Positions 4,283 through 5,893 of a stretch of DNA of 5,893 nt are shown in pieces. The first letter of the stretch is position 1, and each line of letters opens with the position of its first letter. Below the pieces are notes generated by a model. That model was not told where the DNA came from. It did no database searches and saw nothing but the letters and a program-made list of their open reading frames with translations. Source of the stretch: a virus (taxonomy: Duplodnaviria; Heunggongvirae; Uroviricota; Caudoviricetes); the IMG/VR virus record IMGVR_UViG_2698536372_000022; one strand, given 5' to 3'. The position numbers and the translations under genes are program-made.

Positions 4283-4702
4283 GTGGCAAAAGTTTTTACA
4301 CAAGAAGAGCGGGAAAAAATTAAAGGGCAGGTGGTGGAACTCGTACGCCAGAGTGGGCGCGAGACGTTACGACAACTGGAAGCTAAAACTGGGGCAACAA
4401 GATATCTGATGAGCGTTCTGGCCAGAGAGCTGGTTGCCAGTGGCGATGTATACAGCTCTGGTTACGGGTTATTCCCGTCTGAACAGGCGCGTAAGGACTG
4501 GCAAAACGCCCGCAAAAAACTCTCGAGGGCAAAGGTGAAGAAACCTGCTGTGGTTGATCCGGACCTTATCTGGTCATTACCTGACGGAGAAATACGTCGC
4601 TACGACAGTCGTCTAAACATAATCTGTCGCGAGTGCCGGAAGGCAAGGAGAAGCAGGCTATTGTTAACACCAAGCTGTAATGTCCCCTTTGAACCATTCT
4701 AA
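4283..4702 (+). CDS. Hypothetical basic protein (139 aa), function unknown; possibly a remnant of a replication/helicase-loader module gene
   Basis: GTG start at 4283 with AGGAGG 5 nt upstream. Product MAKVFTQEEREKIKGQVVELVRQSGRETLRQLEAKTGATRYLMSVLARELVASGDV... is lysine/arginine-rich with a possible HTH-like segment and a CRECR motif. A GC hairpin plus T-tract follows the stop. I recognise no family for it. Confidence 0.6.
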   Translation: MAKVFTQEEREKIKGQVVELVRQSGRETLRQLEAKTGATRYLMSVLARELVASGDVYSSGYGLFPSEQARKDWQNARKKLSRAKVKKPAVVDPDLIWSLPDGEIRRYDSRLNIICRECRKARRSRLLLTPSCNVPFEPF

Positions 4703-4707
4703 AATGT

Positions 4708-4734
4708 CCCCAGACAATTCTCTGGGGGATTTTT
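4708..4734 (+). terminator. Intrinsic-terminator-like hairpin (7-bp GC stem CCCCAGA/TCTGGGG, 6-nt loop, T5 tract) between the hypothetical gene and the transposase start
   Basis: CCCCAGA (4708-4714), loop caattc, TCTGGGG (4721-4727), then gaTTTTT (4728-4734). It ends 1 nt before the transposase ATG at 4736. It could equally be a structure at the IS end that blocks read-through. Confidence 0.35.
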
Positions 4735-4735
4735 C

Positions 4736-5830
4736 ATGATCAAAGAGACTGTTACGATGAGTCATAAGGAACTCCACCGACTTCAGATTATTCAGGAGTC
4801 AATTAATCGACATATTACTCAGGAACAAGCTGCGGCACGCATTGGCATTTCTATTCGGCAGGTTAAACGTCTGGTGCAACGGTATAGAAATGAAGGGCCT
4901 TCTGGTCTGGTTTCCCACCGACGTGGAAAGCGTCCTAATAATTCCTTTTCTACTGAATTCAGAGCAACAGTAATTTCACTCCTCAAAGGCCGTTACGCTG
5001 ATTTTGGACCTACGTTTGCGTGCGAAAAATTGCGCGAGATACACGGTTTATCTTTATCCGTTGAAACTCTCAGAAAGTGGATGATAGAAGAGGGGTTATG
5101 GCGTGAACGCCGTCGTAAAATTGCCCGTATATATCAACGCCGCATGCGACGACCATCTTACGGTGAACTGATCCAGATTGATGGCTCACCTCATGACTGG
5201 TTTGAAAATCGAGGCCCCAGATGTACACTGATCGTTTTCATTGATGATGCCACCAGTGCGTTGATGGCGTTGCGTTTTGTGCCTGCTGAAACAACCCGGG
5301 CTTACATGGAAACCCTCCGGGGTTACCTTAATGATCATGGCGTACCGCTCGCTCTCTACTCTGATAGACACAGTATATTCAGGGTAAATAACCCAGAGCG
5401 GGAAGGTGAGCTGACCCAGTTCACTCGTGCGATAAAGACACTGGGCATCGAGCCAATCCATGCCAACAGCCCGCAGGCAAAAGGGCGGGTAGAGCGCGCC
5501 AATCAGACACTACAGGACAGGCTGGTCAAAGAAATGCGGCTTCAGAATATCAGTGATATTGAAACAGCAAATGCATGGTTGCCGACCTTTATTGAAGCCT
5601 ATAACAACCGGTTCGCTACGTCGCCTCGTACTACTGATAATGCTCATCTTGATGTGCACCATTCTGAAGAGGAACTGGGTTATATCTTCAGCCTACAGGC
5701 GAAGCGCGTTCTGTCTAAAAATCTCACTTTCCAGTACAAAAGCAGTGCGTTTCAGGTACGCAGTGAGGGCCGGGGATATCGACTTAGGCATTCGGTTGTT
5801 ACTGTATGTGAGAACTTTGAGGTAGCCTGA
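4736..5830 (+). CDS. DDE transposase of the rve (retroviral-integrase-like) superfamily with N-terminal HTH; IS481/ISNCY/IS21-IstA-like
   Basis: The N-terminal HTH region reads AARIGISIRQVKRLVQRY. The catalytic core has the DDE arrangement: D in QIDGSPHDW, D in LYSDRHSIF, and E in the KGRVERANQ signature typical of rve transposases. Alternative start at ATG 4757 (MSHKEL...). The exact IS family is not resolved from memory. Confidence 0.85.
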   Translation: MIKETVTMSHKELHRLQIIQESINRHITQEQAAARIGISIRQVKRLVQRYRNEGPSGLVSHRRGKRPNNSFSTEFRATVISLLKGRYADFGPTFACEKLREIHGLSLSVETLRKWMIEEGLWRERRRKIARIYQRRMRRPSYGELIQIDGSPHDWFENRGPRCTLIVFIDDATSALMALRFVPAETTRAYMETLRGYLNDHGVPLALYSDRHSIFRVNNPEREGELTQFTRAIKTLGIEPIHANSPQAKGRVERANQTLQDRLVKEMRLQNISDIETANAWLPTFIEAYNNRFATSPRTTDNAHLDVHHSEEELGYIFSLQAKRVLSKNLTFQYKSSAFQVRSEGRGYRLRHSVVTVCENFEVA

Positions 5831-5881
5831 GTTTAACGGACACTCCTTCCTGAAATAGAATGGCATCAGAAGGAGCTAATA

Positions 5882-5893
5882 ATGAGCAGAAAA
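5882..5893 (+). CDS. Start of a downstream gene (first 4 codons, MSRK); possibly a second IS gene or passenger
   Basis: ATG at 5882 is preceded by AGGAG (5871-5875) at 6-nt spacing, 51 nt after the transposase stop. Only 12 nt are in the window. Confidence 0.3.

Larger units (their letters stand above)
4681..5893 (+). mobile_element. Insertion sequence (partial in window; left boundary approximate, right end beyond window)
   Basis: A transposase gene interrupts the otherwise syntenic prophage replication module. The direct repeat TGTCCCC at 4681 and 4705 and the hairpin at 4708-4727 lie just upstream of the transposase. The terminal inverted repeats cannot be defined because the right end is outside the window. 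Confidence 0.4.

Noticed and set aside
4283-4702. Idea that the 139-aa ORF is a DnaC/IstB-type helicase loader or a lambda P homolog
   Set aside because: No Walker A/B motifs and no resemblance to the DnaC or lambda P N-termini as recalled. It is left as a hypothetical protein.
5186-5825. ORFs 5186..5461 (minus) and 5553..5825 (plus, alternate frame) inside the transposase gene
   Set aside because: They overlap the catalytic-core coding region of the transposase, and the DDE motifs establish the true frame.
1-5893. CRISPR arrays, tRNA or rRNA genes, integrase or attachment sites
   Set aside because: No regularly spaced direct repeats with unique spacers and no tRNA-like or rRNA-like sequence were seen. 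The iterons at 3625-3728 lie inside a coding region and form an origin-type array, not a CRISPR array. No integrase or attachment site lies within the window.

Overview
This 5.9-kb window is the immunity and early-control region of a Qin-type (dicB-class) lambdoid prophage, apparently from an Escherichia/Shigella-like enterobacterium. Leftward on the minus strand from a DicA-like repressor runs the cell-division-inhibition operon: ydfA, a ydfB-like ORF, a structured leader, the DicF sRNA, dicB, ydfD and the 5' part of a ydfE-like gene. Rightward on the plus strand run a DicC/Cro-like regulator, a YdaT-family protein, an O-like replication initiator with an internal iteron-type origin, a small basic hypothetical protein, and then an rve-type DDE transposase where a helicase-loader gene would normally sit, followed by the first codons of another gene. 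No tRNA, rRNA or CRISPR array is visible. The most interesting unexplained signals are a convergent small membrane-protein ORF antisense to the ydfB/ydfC region with a hairpin over its ribosome-binding site, a recurring TTGAG-N4-CTCAA operator-like motif at both promoters, and the transposase insertion in the replication module. All identifications come from reading the sequence and from recalled protein-family knowledge; no database search or folding was run.
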